From an uncultured Bacteroidia bacterium (GTDB lineage: Bacteria > Bacteroidota > Bacteroidia > Bacteroidales > CAJPTX01): a stretch of 64,000 nucleotides of DNA. The position numbers and the translations under genes are program-made. Where the stretch lies: contig CBDEMG010000038.1 of assembly GCA_965240855.1 (NCBI GenBank), forward strand, positions 18,226 to 82,225, written 5' to 3'. Numbering within the stretch: position 1 is the first letter of the stretch; each line of letters starts with the position of its first letter. Of this stretch, positions 17,217-26,750 are shown piece by piece. The notes below the pieces were generated by a model that was not told the DNA's origin, made no database searches, and saw nothing but the letters and a program-made list of their open reading frames with translations.

Positions 17217-18581
17217 ATGTCAACTATCGAAGAAATTCACAAGTCGCTTTTAACATTAAAAGAAAGCCTTCCTTCATTCCGACAATATCTTAATGATACC
17301 TACAAGAATCGGATGGATGAGGGAATATGGGGGGAAGAGTTAGAATATAGCCCCAAGGGATTATTAAAAGAGCTCGTACATATCATTGTAGACACAACTA
17401 GTCTGGTCCAAAATCAAGATTACTTCATCCGTCTTTCTACTTATAACGAGAGGGAAAATGTTAGAGCTAATCTGAGCAATATAATCCATTTTTCATCTTC
17501 TCTGCAAATTGATCATTTAATATTCAACTTAAATAATCTTAAGATATTATTGCGACCATATAATCTTCGCTCAGATAAAAAGCGTATGATAGCCTTTCAA
17601 AATGTGCTTGATGAGCAAATAGGACGCTCTGAAGAACTTAAGCACCTAGAAGCAGCGATAAAAGAGCAAGAAAGTAAAATCAACCACATTGTTTCTGAAG
17701 TTTTGGCGCAATATGACGATATTTCTCAAAAACAAAAAAAGATAGTTGAGCTACTAGAAAATAGTCAGGCAATCAACAAGGCTCTTAACGCGATAAAAGA
17801 AGACTCGCATAAAATAGAAAAGGAAATTCGTTCTGCCCAGTCAGTGATTTTAAATTCAGAAGAAAAGTGTAACGAAAAAGTAGAATCTATTGCAGCAATC
17901 ATAAAGGAGGTAAATCAACATGAACAGCAGATAAAACAACAAAATGAACGCTTTGAAATATTCAATCAAACATTAGCGGAGAATGAAACTCAACAAAAAA
18001 AATATCTGGAAGAAGCTCTCAATCTTATTGAGAAGGCAAAAACAGCTTTAAGCTATACGACTTCTGTAGGGTTAGGCGCCTCTTTCGATACTCAATACAA
18101 AAATCTTACAGGCAAGTTTGGCTATAAATTGTGGATTTGGATTGTTGCTGCGGTAGTTACTATAATTGGGGTAGTGTGCATTGGTATTTGGTTAATAAAT
18201 GGTAATCACCAAGTTCAAAGCGATTCGTATATGTGGACTCGAATTGTCGGCAAGTTAAGTATGATACCATTACTTGTAACTGCCACGCTCTTTTGCGCTA
18301 AACAGTATACTAAGCAAAAAAACTTGCTCGAAGATTACGCCTATAAGCGCTCTCTTGCGCAATCTATGATAGCTTTTTCAGAAGAATTACGAGAAAAAGA
18401 TGCAGAGAAGTACCGAGAATATCTTTCCATGGCACTAACTCAAATACACCAAGATCCTCTTCGCCACAGAGTAAATCCCAATGCAAAAGTAGAGGCTAAG
18501 TCAAATTATTTAATTAACGAAAGTATTTTGAATTATATAAAACAAATTCTTGCATTGGTTCAAAAGAAAGACGAAGAATAA
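17217..18581 (+). CDS. Uncharacterised coiled-coil protein with two C-terminal transmembrane helices
   Basis: 454-aa ORF starting 5 nt after the Type ISP stop. The first ~290 aa are E/K/Q-rich heptad-like sequence. TM1 is LWIWIVAAVVTIIGVVCIGIWLI (~18127-18198) and TM2 is IVGKLSMIPLLVTATLFCA (~18243-18300), followed by a ~90-aa charged tail. The gene is strongly AT-rich compared with its neighbour. Confidence 0.75.
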   Translation: MSTIEEIHKSLLTLKESLPSFRQYLNDTYKNRMDEGIWGEELEYSPKGLLKELVHIIVDTTSLVQNQDYFIRLSTYNERENVRANLSNIIHFSSSLQIDHLIFNLNNLKILLRPYNLRSDKKRMIAFQNVLDEQIGRSEELKHLEAAIKEQESKINHIVSEVLAQYDDISQKQKKIVELLENSQAINKALNAIKEDSHKIEKEIRSAQSVILNSEEKCNEKVESIAAIIKEVNQHEQQIKQQNERFEIFNQTLAENETQQKKYLEEALNLIEKAKTALSYTTSVGLGASFDTQYKNLTGKFGYKLWIWIVAAVVTIIGVVCIGIWLINGNHQVQSDSYMWTRIVGKLSMIPLLVTATLFCAKQYTKQKNLLEDYAYKRSLAQSMIAFSEELREKDAEKYREYLSMALTQIHQDPLRHRVNPNAKVEAKSNYLINESILNYIKQILALVQKKDEE

Positions 18582-18740
18582 TTTTTACTACTGTTTGCTA
18601 ACGTTTTATTTAGAGGTAAAAATAGAATTGTTACATAACAATATCAATAATAATCCTATCAACTATATATGCAGTAGACCAAGAAGCGAATTATCATCGT
18701 ATATGTTAAGTATTGATTATAAAGCCATAAAATTTAATAA

Positions 18741-18872
18741 GGCATACCCTGTCCCTACAAACCTGCAGCACGGGGTTCCCACCGCCGTGCTAGAAATACT
18801 CGCCCCGCAAGGGGGCTTAAATAGAACCGCTTGCCGCAAGGGTGTCGTCTGCTAAGACCCCGCCTAGTGCAG
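18741..18872. repeat. REP-like element; right copy of the direct repeat flanking the Type ISP cassette
   Basis: GGCATACCCTGTCCCTACAA, hairpin AGCACGG-ggttcccaccg-CCGTGCT, hairpin GCCCC-gcaa-GGGGC, then GTCTGCTAAGACC. Same order and orientation as 12081-12235. Confidence 0.7.
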
Positions 18873-18917
18873 GGACTACAGCCCCCATCCTCTCTACAAG
18901 ACCATCGCTTCTCACTA

Positions 18918-18950
18918 TAAAAAAAGAGCGAGACTCTCGCCTCGCTCTTT
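18918..18950 (-). terminator. Rho-independent terminator of the small lipoprotein gene
   Basis: On the minus strand, AGAGCGAG-gcgagagt-CTCGCTCT is followed by TTTTTTT, 27 nt after the stop. Confidence 0.7.
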
Positions 18951-18976
18951 ATCTCTTTGTCTGTTACAAGAACAAA

Positions 18977-19420
18977 TTACTTTGTCATTGTTGCTGTAAC
19001 TTTAACTTCTTTGCCGCCCTTGTCCTTACCATCAAGAGTCAAGGTGTATTCAGCTTTCTTGTCAGCGTTTTCTTTAACTGCGAAATCAGCTTTAGTGTCT
19101 TTCTTCATACCATCCATTACATCAGCATCCAGCATGTACTTTGTGATATCAGCGCCCTTTTTAAATTCAGTTTCTTTCAAACCTAACTGTTCGCAAGTAA
19201 GCTTAACGTTGTCGCCATCAGCTACAACTTTTACAGTTACATCTGCTTGGTCTAACTTACCCTTGTAGTCACCAGCTAAATCAGAAACCTTTTCAATCTT
19301 CAGCTCCTTCTTTGGCTCTTCTTTCTTCTTGTTGTTATCTTTATTTTCGTCCTTCTTGCAAGAAGTGAAAGCAACAGTTGTTGCCAAAGCTGCGAGAGCT
19401 AAAACATAACGCAATTTCAT
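18977..19420 (-). CDS. Small lysine-rich lipoprotein, unknown function
   Basis: MKLRYVLALAALATTVAFTSC lipobox (ATG at 19420), then a K/E/D-rich linker. A terminator follows the gene. Confidence 0.7.
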   Translation of the reverse strand: MKLRYVLALAALATTVAFTSCKKDENKDNNKKKEEPKKELKIEKVSDLAGDYKGKLDQADVTVKVVADGDNVKLTCEQLGLKETEFKKGADITKYMLDADVMDGMKKDTKADFAVKENADKKAEYTLTLDGKDKGGKEVKVTATMTK

Positions 19421-19625
19421 GATCCCCAAAATTTTAATTGTTAAACTTCACACGTCAACTCTATTCTGTACACCTCGTCAGAACATCTACAAAATTACAT
19501 GTTTTTCTGAATTGTAAAAAAACTCTACTACACTATCACGGTTAAGCTTGTATAGAAAACGAATAAAAGGGACTACTATACAAGACTTTACATTTTTTAA
19601 GTCAGGAAATCCTAAAATAAACTTT

Positions 19626-20558
19626 TTAGAATCTATACGCTAACCCCAAGCCAAACATCTGACGAATCTGTAGATATGGAACAAGCTTCCCTGTCTTGTC
19701 TGGGAGTTTTTGATCGTCATCGTAAATCAACGTGAGTTGCGCACGCGCAGTGAGCACACTCGTGAGTTTGAAGTCAAGCAGCAGGTCGTAATTCACATCT
19801 ATATTTTGTGGTTTTTCCAAGTAGTTCGAAAATAATTCGAGTTTTGTTGTGAGCCCCAACATATTTTTGAAGAACGAATTCTTGTAGCCCAATTTTATAT
19901 ATCCACCGAGTTCAAACCTCATCTTCTCTCCTGATTTCACGATCGCTCCAGAGACTGGATCATACACTGCCGCTTTTACCCCGAAGGCTCCTGCATTGGC
20001 TAATTCTGGATCGCGTACATAAGTCAACCGAGCTGTTGCAGGCGAGAGCATAGCCGAAAAATGATCGTCTGGTTTAAAATCAGCACCCAACGAAAATTGT
20101 ACGTAGAGTGGTGCTGCAAAATCCGAAATAGGGTGGTCGCGATCCGGATACTTATACCCCGCCGAAAATTGTGTCTTCACCCCTAGGAGTGCACTGTAAT
20201 ACCACGCTTTCGTTGCTTGATAGCCGAACTGCGAAGCAAAGTCTATCTTATCTAAGTTCTTTATTACGCCTTGCTCGCCTTGTTTCATCACGCCATAGCC
20301 TAGCTCTAGGGTATTCTGCCACAGATTCTTACGCTTAGCATACTTCAAATCTAACAAGGCAGTTGCTTGACCTCCTAAGGTATTCTCTCCTCCTGCAACC
20401 CAATGTGTAAGAGCTACTTGGTTGAATGTTGCTGCCAGATTCCCCGAGAAGACCCAAGCACTATCCTGCGAGAGTACTATCCCCTCTGCTTGCACCGAAC
20501 TCCCCCATAAAAGCACTGTAGCAAGTGCGAGCATGACGGACAATTTTTTCTTCATCAT
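19626..20558 (-). CDS. DUF3078-like outer-membrane beta-barrel protein
   Basis: Signal peptide present. The sequence SGNLAATFNQVALTHWVAGGENT..WQNTLELGYG and the C-terminal ...GLAYRF match my recollection of DUF3078. Confidence 0.6.
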   Translation of the reverse strand: MMKKKLSVMLALATVLLWGSSVQAEGIVLSQDSAWVFSGNLAATFNQVALTHWVAGGENTLGGQATALLDLKYAKRKNLWQNTLELGYGVMKQGEQGVIKNLDKIDFASQFGYQATKAWYYSALLGVKTQFSAGYKYPDRDHPISDFAAPLYVQFSLGADFKPDDHFSAMLSPATARLTYVRDPELANAGAFGVKAAVYDPVSGAIVKSGEKMRFELGGYIKLGYKNSFFKNMLGLTTKLELFSNYLEKPQNIDVNYDLLLDFKLTSVLTARAQLTLIYDDDQKLPDKTGKLVPYLQIRQMFGLGLAYRF

Positions 20559-20847
20559 TTCGTTTCCTATTTTTATTTACAACCTAATTCTTCTCTCAAG
20601 ATCCCCACCTTCTCGCACCACTACTGCAATATACGCTATCCTCAGTGGGAATGTTTACACACCCAGACTTCTCAAACTCCCTTGAGTCTTTCAAAATCTA
20701 TGCCGAAGATGCTTACCTCGCACAATTCCTACACTTTTTATGATTAACACTCTACTATCCAATGAGATAGAGCTATAACAAGACAGGTGCTCTCTTGTAC
20801 TGAAATACATTTTGCCTAAATTAGTACCACTATTTTGCATTGCAACA

Positions 20848-22095
20848 ATGTCCGTTGTCGTAAATATTGATGCTCAATCTATCGAAGAGCGCTTCCTGCG
20901 CTACGTTCGTATCGACACACAAAGCGATCCCCTTGCAGAGACCTCGCCTAGTACTGTAAAGCAATGGAATCTCCTCAACGTACTAAAAACCGAGTTAGAA
21001 AACCTAGAGCTCTCTGAAGTCTCACTAGATACACAAGGTTACCTCTTTGCAAAACTCCCTGCACGCAATGCGAGCACTAATACACCACACGTCGGTTTTC
21101 TCGCACATATCGATACATCGCCAGACGCCTCTGGATACGATGTTAAACCTCGTATAATACCCTCGTATGACGGGACGGATCTCCTACTCTCTGACGGTAT
21201 TGTCCTCTCCCCAAATGAGTCACCAGAACTCCTTAATTACATGGGTCAACGACTTATCGTTACCGATGGCACCACACTCCTTGGAGCCGACGATAAGGCA
21301 GGGATCGCCGCAATTATGGAAGCATTACGTTTTCTTCGTCTACATCCCGAGATCTCCCATGCGCCTCTTTGTATTGCTTTTACCCCCGACGAGGAGATCG
21401 GGAGAGGTGTTACACATTTCGATATCGAAAAATTGGGTGCAGACCTAGCCTATACCATCGATGGCGGTGCCCTCGGCGAACTGTCCTACGAAAATTTCAA
21501 TGCTGCTAGAGCAACCCTCCGTTTCCAAGGTCTCAACGTACATCCTGGCGCGGCTAAAAACAAGATGCGCAATGCAGCTCGTATGGCAGTTGAGTTCGAT
21601 TCCATGATTGGCGAAACAGATCGCCCCGAGAATACAGAGGATCGCGAAGGATTCTTTCATCTACACGACATCCAAGGTAACGAAAATACAGCTAGTCTAT
21701 CGTACCTCATCCGCGAATTCGACGGCGAGATTTTCCAACAACGCAAGAAAAAACTCCAAATCCTTACGGCGTTCATAAACCAACGCTACGGCAAGGGTTC
21801 TGCTATCCTTACCCTGAACGATGAGTACCACAATATGCGCGCCTATCTCAAAGATGCAATGTTTGTCGTAGAACATGCCAAAAAAGCTTTTCTTGACGCA
21901 GGGGTTACCCCCAACTACTCGCCCATCCGTGGCGGAACGGACGGGGTTCGTCTCACAGAACTTGGGCTTCCATGTCCTAACATCTTCGCAGGAGGTCTCA
22001 ATTTCCATAGTATCTACGAGTTTTTACCCATTGCGAGCATGGTGAAAGCCTCCGAGATTATTGTCCGTATCGCAAATTCTTTTTCAACGCTATAA
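20848..22095 (+). CDS. pepT: Peptidase T (M20B tripeptide aminopeptidase)
   Basis: ERFLRYVRIDTQSD, GFLAHIDTSPD and GADDKAGIAAIMEAL. The ATG at 20848 is preferred over the upstream TTG. Confidence 0.85.
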   Translation: MSVVVNIDAQSIEERFLRYVRIDTQSDPLAETSPSTVKQWNLLNVLKTELENLELSEVSLDTQGYLFAKLPARNASTNTPHVGFLAHIDTSPDASGYDVKPRIIPSYDGTDLLLSDGIVLSPNESPELLNYMGQRLIVTDGTTLLGADDKAGIAAIMEALRFLRLHPEISHAPLCIAFTPDEEIGRGVTHFDIEKLGADLAYTIDGGALGELSYENFNAARATLRFQGLNVHPGAAKNKMRNAARMAVEFDSMIGETDRPENTEDREGFFHLHDIQGNENTASLSYLIREFDGEIFQQRKKKLQILTAFINQRYGKGSAILTLNDEYHNMRAYLKDAMFVVEHAKKAFLDAGVTPNYSPIRGGTDGVRLTELGLPCPNIFAGGLNFHSIYEFLPIASMVKASEIIVRIANSFSTL

Positions 22096-22097
22096 AA

Positions 22098-22574
22098 ATG
22101 CAAGACAGTCTGATAAAGAAATTTATGCACCTCGCTATCGATCTGGCTACCAACAATGTTCTTAATGGAGGCGGTCCATTCGGAGCCGTGGTTGTACAGA
22201 ACGATCAAGTTGTCGGAACGGGCGTAAATCGCGTCACAGCTAGTTGCGATCCTACGGCGCATGCAGAAATACTCGCTATACGCGATGCAGCCAAGATGCT
22301 TCATACCCACATCCTCTCAGACTGTGTACTTTTCACATCATGCGAACCATGCCCCATGTGTCTAGCAGCTATCTATTGGGCGCGTATCGCCACCGTTTTC
22401 TACGGTAATACCAAAGAACAGGCTCAGCACATAAATTTCGACGACTCCCTCATTTACCAACAGCTTAGCTTACCAATCGATAAGCGTGCTATCATTATGA
22501 ATAGGATTTGCGAGACTGAGGCTCTACAATCTTTCATACTCTGGAAGGATACAGAGAATAAGGTGCAGTACTAA
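22098..22574 (+). CDS. CDA-fold nucleoside/guanine deaminase (GuaD-like)
   Basis: Zinc motifs HAEILAIRDA and CEPCPMC. Length is 158 aa. Confidence 0.8.
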   Translation: MQDSLIKKFMHLAIDLATNNVLNGGGPFGAVVVQNDQVVGTGVNRVTASCDPTAHAEILAIRDAAKMLHTHILSDCVLFTSCEPCPMCLAAIYWARIATVFYGNTKEQAQHINFDDSLIYQQLSLPIDKRAIIMNRICETEALQSFILWKDTENKVQY

Positions 22575-22887
22575 GAGGGAACGAAGCAACGAAATCATAT
22601 TAGGGGGGATACAGAGCTGCGCTTCTGTGCTAGGTCTAGCGTCTACAAAACGCCTACTCTTTTTATAACCTGCCGTATGCAGATATAGTCGTTCTGAAGA
22701 ACTAATTAAACGAGTGCTCGTCAATATCTTGCAAAGTCTTACCGCTTATGCTCTTAACTTCTACAAAATGAAGTAAGGGAATTCACGCACCTCGTTCATT
22801 GTAAACACATAAGATTTCGACAAATAACAAATCGAACAGTAGAAGATCTTATTTAAGATAGGTAGTCGCAACTTTTTTTTTACAAAC

Positions 22888-23811
22888 TCAAGGTGCATAA
22901 GGCAAAACCAACTTTACTCTTTTACCGCGTAATACAACCTCACGTTCTCGTACTTCCTCTACAACAAAGAGCTGCTTTCCCTCCTCTAAATCCGAATTTT
23001 CAAACGCTTGTGCGTCACGCATCGTAATCTCTAATGCAACTTGCTGACCGGTCTCGGGCGATTTCACTTCTGGCGCAATCTTCAGGACTTTCGGAGTAGA
23101 GTATGGGTTTACATTATTTACAAGCCAGACTCCGATCCCCGGACGATGCACAGACATTACCGTATTCATTACTCTAAACAGACTACGCGAGGTTGTACCA
23201 TACACCCCCACTTCCTCGGCCTTACCGTTGCACCGTACCAGGACTTTCACGCTCCGTTCTTCGCCACTAGCGGGCACTACCGTAATACGCGCATCACCCT
23301 CAGCTAGGGCATTGATCTCCATTATCCCTGTAGCCCCATTCCATTTCACCTCTAGTATATTGTCTGGGTCGTCGAGACGTAACTGCGTATCTTCGCCACC
23401 ACCAGCAACGTGCAGGAACTTGCTCTCGTCGCGAGGGAAAAGATGTATCTCTTCCGCACTAAGATTAAGATCGGGCGTCGCCACGCGAATATCAAGGCGT
23501 TTTTTGTAATCGCCCGAGATTATCGTCGCATACGTTTCTCCTACCCAATTACCCGTTACTCGCAGCGTATCCATGCTCGTTTTTACGGTAGCTATTCGCG
23601 AGTCTGCAACACTCGCCGAGTATTTACCGTTTCCTCCCTTCAAAATAATGACACGTGTTGTTGCCTTACCCAGAGAAATTTCCGAGAGATCGTCCTCCGA
23701 AATCTTTATTTCCGTACCCCGTTCCTCCAAATTCTTTTCGCAAGACTGTATAGAGAGTGCAACAAAGGCTGCACACAAAACGATTAGCCAATAATGTCTT
23801 TGTATTCTCAT
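22888..23811 (-). CDS. Hypothetical lipoprotein (Ig-like beta-sandwich repeats likely); last gene of the SusCD operon
   Basis: Lipobox ALSIQSC. 307 aa. The start is 7 nt downstream of the upstream gene's stop. Confidence 0.6.
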   Translation of the reverse strand: MRIQRHYWLIVLCAAFVALSIQSCEKNLEERGTEIKISEDDLSEISLGKATTRVIILKGGNGKYSASVADSRIATVKTSMDTLRVTGNWVGETYATIISGDYKKRLDIRVATPDLNLSAEEIHLFPRDESKFLHVAGGGEDTQLRLDDPDNILEVKWNGATGIMEINALAEGDARITVVPASGEERSVKVLVRCNGKAEEVGVYGTTSRSLFRVMNTVMSVHRPGIGVWLVNNVNPYSTPKVLKIAPEVKSPETGQQVALEITMRDAQAFENSDLEEGKQLFVVEEVREREVVLRGKRVKLVLPYAP

Positions 23812-23818
23812 CGTAGCT

Positions 23819-24919
23819 CTATTTTACGTGTAAATTGTACTCTATATTCCAACGCTGCGTGGGGCTCTCGACGATCTCTATGCGCAGCCGCTGTAACCCT
23901 GCTTTGGGGAATGTTAATTTGTCGCCTACGGGCGTAACCTCCTTACCATCAATCCAGTACTTTATGTTGGCATCTTTTTTTGCCAAATCGTACCAGTGCA
24001 AGAGCAGTGTCCTGTCTGTATAGCCATAATCTTTCATACGGTAGAGATAAGGGATGCGCGACTCATCATTCTCTAGACGACTAAGTGTTTCTGTGCGGAT
24101 CGTTTTCTCTTCGGAGAGTGGCGAACTCTTCGTTCCCTTTACCGTCTGAAACTTGAATTTATAGTTGGTCGCAAGATCTAACCCCGTAACGGTATACGAG
24201 GTTTCTTGCGTAGTACCAAGCAACGCATCGTTCATAAAAACCTTGTACTCTACGCCCTCTGTCCCCACAGAACCCCACGAGAGGTCTATCTCGCGCTGAT
24301 ATGCATTGTACTTTATACCACTGGGCGGCGTAAGCGGCACTACACCACTCCCCGCGTCTGTCATTTTGAACGAGACATCGTCTAGGATCACATAATCTCC
24401 ATGTTTTTCATAAAATGTAAAACCTACACCGCACAAATCGGCATCCGGAGCAACGAACTTCACCTTTTTCTCTTGCCAAGTATTCGTGAGTGTTACTATC
24501 TCGGAGTAACGCTTATCATCGTCTCCAACCTTCGTGTCACCTTTATACCAAACCACTGTTGGGATAATGTTCTTCCTGCTCCCCATCCCTTTATACCAGT
24601 AGGTTAGTTCGTATTCTGCCCCTGGAGTCACCGGAATACAGTTAATAGCTTTACCTGTTGGCCATTGATATACGGTGATTTGGGCATCCGAGGCGCCCAT
24701 ATACAGCTTCAGAGCAAACGAACCACTGTGTGGTTCATACGACTTGCTTTGTTGCAGAACGGTATTAACAAACCATTTTTGCGGCTTGTCGTACAGACCA
24801 GACTGCCAAAGTTCGAACCCTCCATTTTCAAGTAATTCTACGCCCACTTGCGCCCTGAGAACTCCTGCGCAGAGAAGCAAAGAAAAAGCTGTTATCAATA
24901 ATAATATTACTCTTCGCAT
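23819..24919 (-). CDS. Secreted protein with a CBM-like jelly-roll N-domain and a fibronectin type III domain
   Basis: The signal peptide is followed by ELLENGGFELW, a typical CBM4/9-like start. The FN3-like segment is PPSGIKYNAYQREIDLSWG...YKFKFQTVKGTKSSP. Confidence 0.6.
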   Translation of the reverse strand: MRRVILLLITAFSLLLCAGVLRAQVGVELLENGGFELWQSGLYDKPQKWFVNTVLQQSKSYEPHSGSFALKLYMGASDAQITVYQWPTGKAINCIPVTPGAEYELTYWYKGMGSRKNIIPTVVWYKGDTKVGDDDKRYSEIVTLTNTWQEKKVKFVAPDADLCGVGFTFYEKHGDYVILDDVSFKMTDAGSGVVPLTPPSGIKYNAYQREIDLSWGSVGTEGVEYKVFMNDALLGTTQETSYTVTGLDLATNYKFKFQTVKGTKSSPLSEEKTIRTETLSRLENDESRIPYLYRMKDYGYTDRTLLLHWYDLAKKDANIKYWIDGKEVTPVGDKLTFPKAGLQRLRIEIVESPTQRWNIEYNLHVK

Positions 24920-24921
24920 GA

Positions 24922-26115
24922 TTAATTTCCTTGTCTTCTTATATCCTCAAGTTTCAGATCAAACCGTGTGGCAATCTCCTGCGCAATCTGTTCTAACGAC
25001 CCATCAACAGCAGTATCGCCGCGGAGACGCTCAACATCCCAAAGCCCTGTGCTGGTCAAAAGTTTTTCGTAAAGCGCTTGTACCTCCGCGTACGAAAAGT
25101 AAGGATCGCCCTCAGCCCTTCGTGCAAAACAGAGCGTATACAAGTTGCCACACGCTTGCGATAAAAAGAAGAGTGTGTTACGTATCTCCTCGCGCAGATT
25201 AGCTGTCACACTCTCGCCTACCAACGATCGGATGGCACGTACAGCCACAACCATCGAAAGCTCCGTGCGAATATTTTTTATCTCTAACTCGACCGAATCG
25301 TACCGATACCGCGTTAGTGCACCTCGCCCACGCGCAAAGGCGTTGTAGAGATTGATCCTGCTATCGCGCAAGAGAGCAAGTCCAGTGCCTTGTGTATGAC
25401 CTTGCCAAAATTTGTAGTAACCATAAGCCAGATCCCAGTGGTGCTCGAGTGCTGTATAGTTCCGCCCAGGTAGGACATCTATATTACGGTTCGCTTTCTG
25501 AAGCTCAGGGTTGTTGTATAGCGCATGGTCGAGGTGTACATTCAAGATTTTATCCAAATAAATTGCCCCCTCAGCTATTCCCTTGAAAAGCTCGGCTACC
25601 GAAACTCCTTTCGCATCCACAAAACAGAGATTCTCATCTCCGAAGTTGCGTCCCAGATAGCCCCCTTGTCCCACCACAGCTGGCGTTTTACGGATATCGG
25701 CACTATTAGGTTTACCATACCCCGAGAGTTCACATGTGGTATTAAAAACCTCCTCTACTCGCGCAAGCAACACATCTCGTTCTGAAGCATGCAAACTCGA
25801 GAGTGCAATCTCGTCTTTAGGGTGCAACCCAAAAGCACCAAGCTCGTAATAATTTCGCGCCGCTTGATAATTTGCCTCAACGGTAAAATTCGCCTCGTGC
25901 AGATATCTATACGCTTGATCCACACCCTCTTTAAGCAGCGAGCACTCCAGCACATCCACACTACTCATGCCGCCGCGCTTAAAACTATAATTAGGCTCTG
26001 GGGGCAGAAGCCCTAGATAGGTACTCTCGACGGTCTCGTTTTCCCATTTAGTACAGGAAAAAACGAGAAAACTACTTACGAAAATACCCAGTAATATTGT
26101 AGCTCTGTTTAACAT
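24922..26115 (-). CDS. DUF4856-like lipoprotein
   Basis: Lipobox FLVFSC. YSFKRGGMSSV and YTALEHHWDLAYGYY resemble my recollection of DUF4856. Confidence 0.5.
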   Translation of the reverse strand: MLNRATILLGIFVSSFLVFSCTKWENETVESTYLGLLPPEPNYSFKRGGMSSVDVLECSLLKEGVDQAYRYLHEANFTVEANYQAARNYYELGAFGLHPKDEIALSSLHASERDVLLARVEEVFNTTCELSGYGKPNSADIRKTPAVVGQGGYLGRNFGDENLCFVDAKGVSVAELFKGIAEGAIYLDKILNVHLDHALYNNPELQKANRNIDVLPGRNYTALEHHWDLAYGYYKFWQGHTQGTGLALLRDSRINLYNAFARGRGALTRYRYDSVELEIKNIRTELSMVVAVRAIRSLVGESVTANLREEIRNTLFFLSQACGNLYTLCFARRAEGDPYFSYAEVQALYEKLLTSTGLWDVERLRGDTAVDGSLEQIAQEIATRFDLKLEDIRRQGN

Positions 26116-26135
26116 TTCTTCTCACCTCGCCCTCC

Positions 26136-26750
26136 CTAGGGGAGGATTACATAATTACAATAGGGTTCTGGTACGTTGTTCACCCCCTCCTGATTGAGAA
26201 ATTGTACACTCTCGAGCGTTTTTACCACAGTGTACCCATCTGTGCATTTTCCTCCAATACGAGCCTCAATCTGCGAGCCACGAACTCCACTTCCCGAGAC
26301 CGAGAGGTACATCGGGAAGCCAGATTTTACGCGAAAGGACACGGTATATTCCGAATCCTCCTCCATTACAACATCCTTATTCTCCGTGTTAGGGTTCGAG
26401 ACTACGTAATGAAGCTTCTGATCCTCGCCGATATATTTCACAACAAACGTAGGTTTTTGATTATCCTCGCCTTTTTTGTAGGAACAGGTAAGGGTAAGGT
26501 CATATTCTCGTACGTTTTCAGTAATATTCACTCCAGGGTAGCGAAACCGTATTTTATCAATCTGTGGATCGCAGTGCAGGAGGTTCTGTTCCTCAAATGA
26601 GATGAGGGGTTTTTCGATGCCCTTGAATGGGAAAAGCGTGTCGTAATCTTCTTCGGGGTCGTCCTTAGGTTTCGTACATGCTACGAGCAATAGTCCCGCA
26701 AGGCCGCACGTAAGCAACGCGAGGGTGGTATAATTCCATCTATTTTTCAT
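26136..26750 (-). CDS. Hypothetical lipoprotein
   Basis: Lipobox LLLVAC. 204 aa. Overlaps the upstream gene's end by 11 nt. Confidence 0.6.
   Translation of the reverse strand: MKNRWNYTTLALLTCGLAGLLLVACTKPKDDPEEDYDTLFPFKGIEKPLISFEEQNLLHCDPQIDKIRFRYPGVNITENVREYDLTLTCSYKKGEDNQKPTFVVKYIGEDQKLHYVVSNPNTENKDVVMEEDSEYTVSFRVKSGFPMYLSVSGSGVRGSQIEARIGGKCTDGYTVVKTLESVQFLNQEGVNNVPEPYCNYVILP

Noticed and set aside
18550-19268. Small plus-strand ORFs (101, 114 and 103 aa) downstream of the 454-aa gene
   Set aside because: The first runs through the AT-rich spacer and the REP element. The others are antisense to the lipoprotein gene, which has a lipobox and its own terminator.
22575-22887. 313-bp intergenic region, examined together with the other gaps larger than 200 bp (20559-20847, 50497-50729, 51501-51801) for tRNA, riboswitch or sRNA structure
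   Set aside because: By eye I found no cloverleaf, no B12-box or other riboswitch core, and no strong conserved hairpins beyond the terminators already listed. A covariance-model scan would be needed to exclude ncRNAs.
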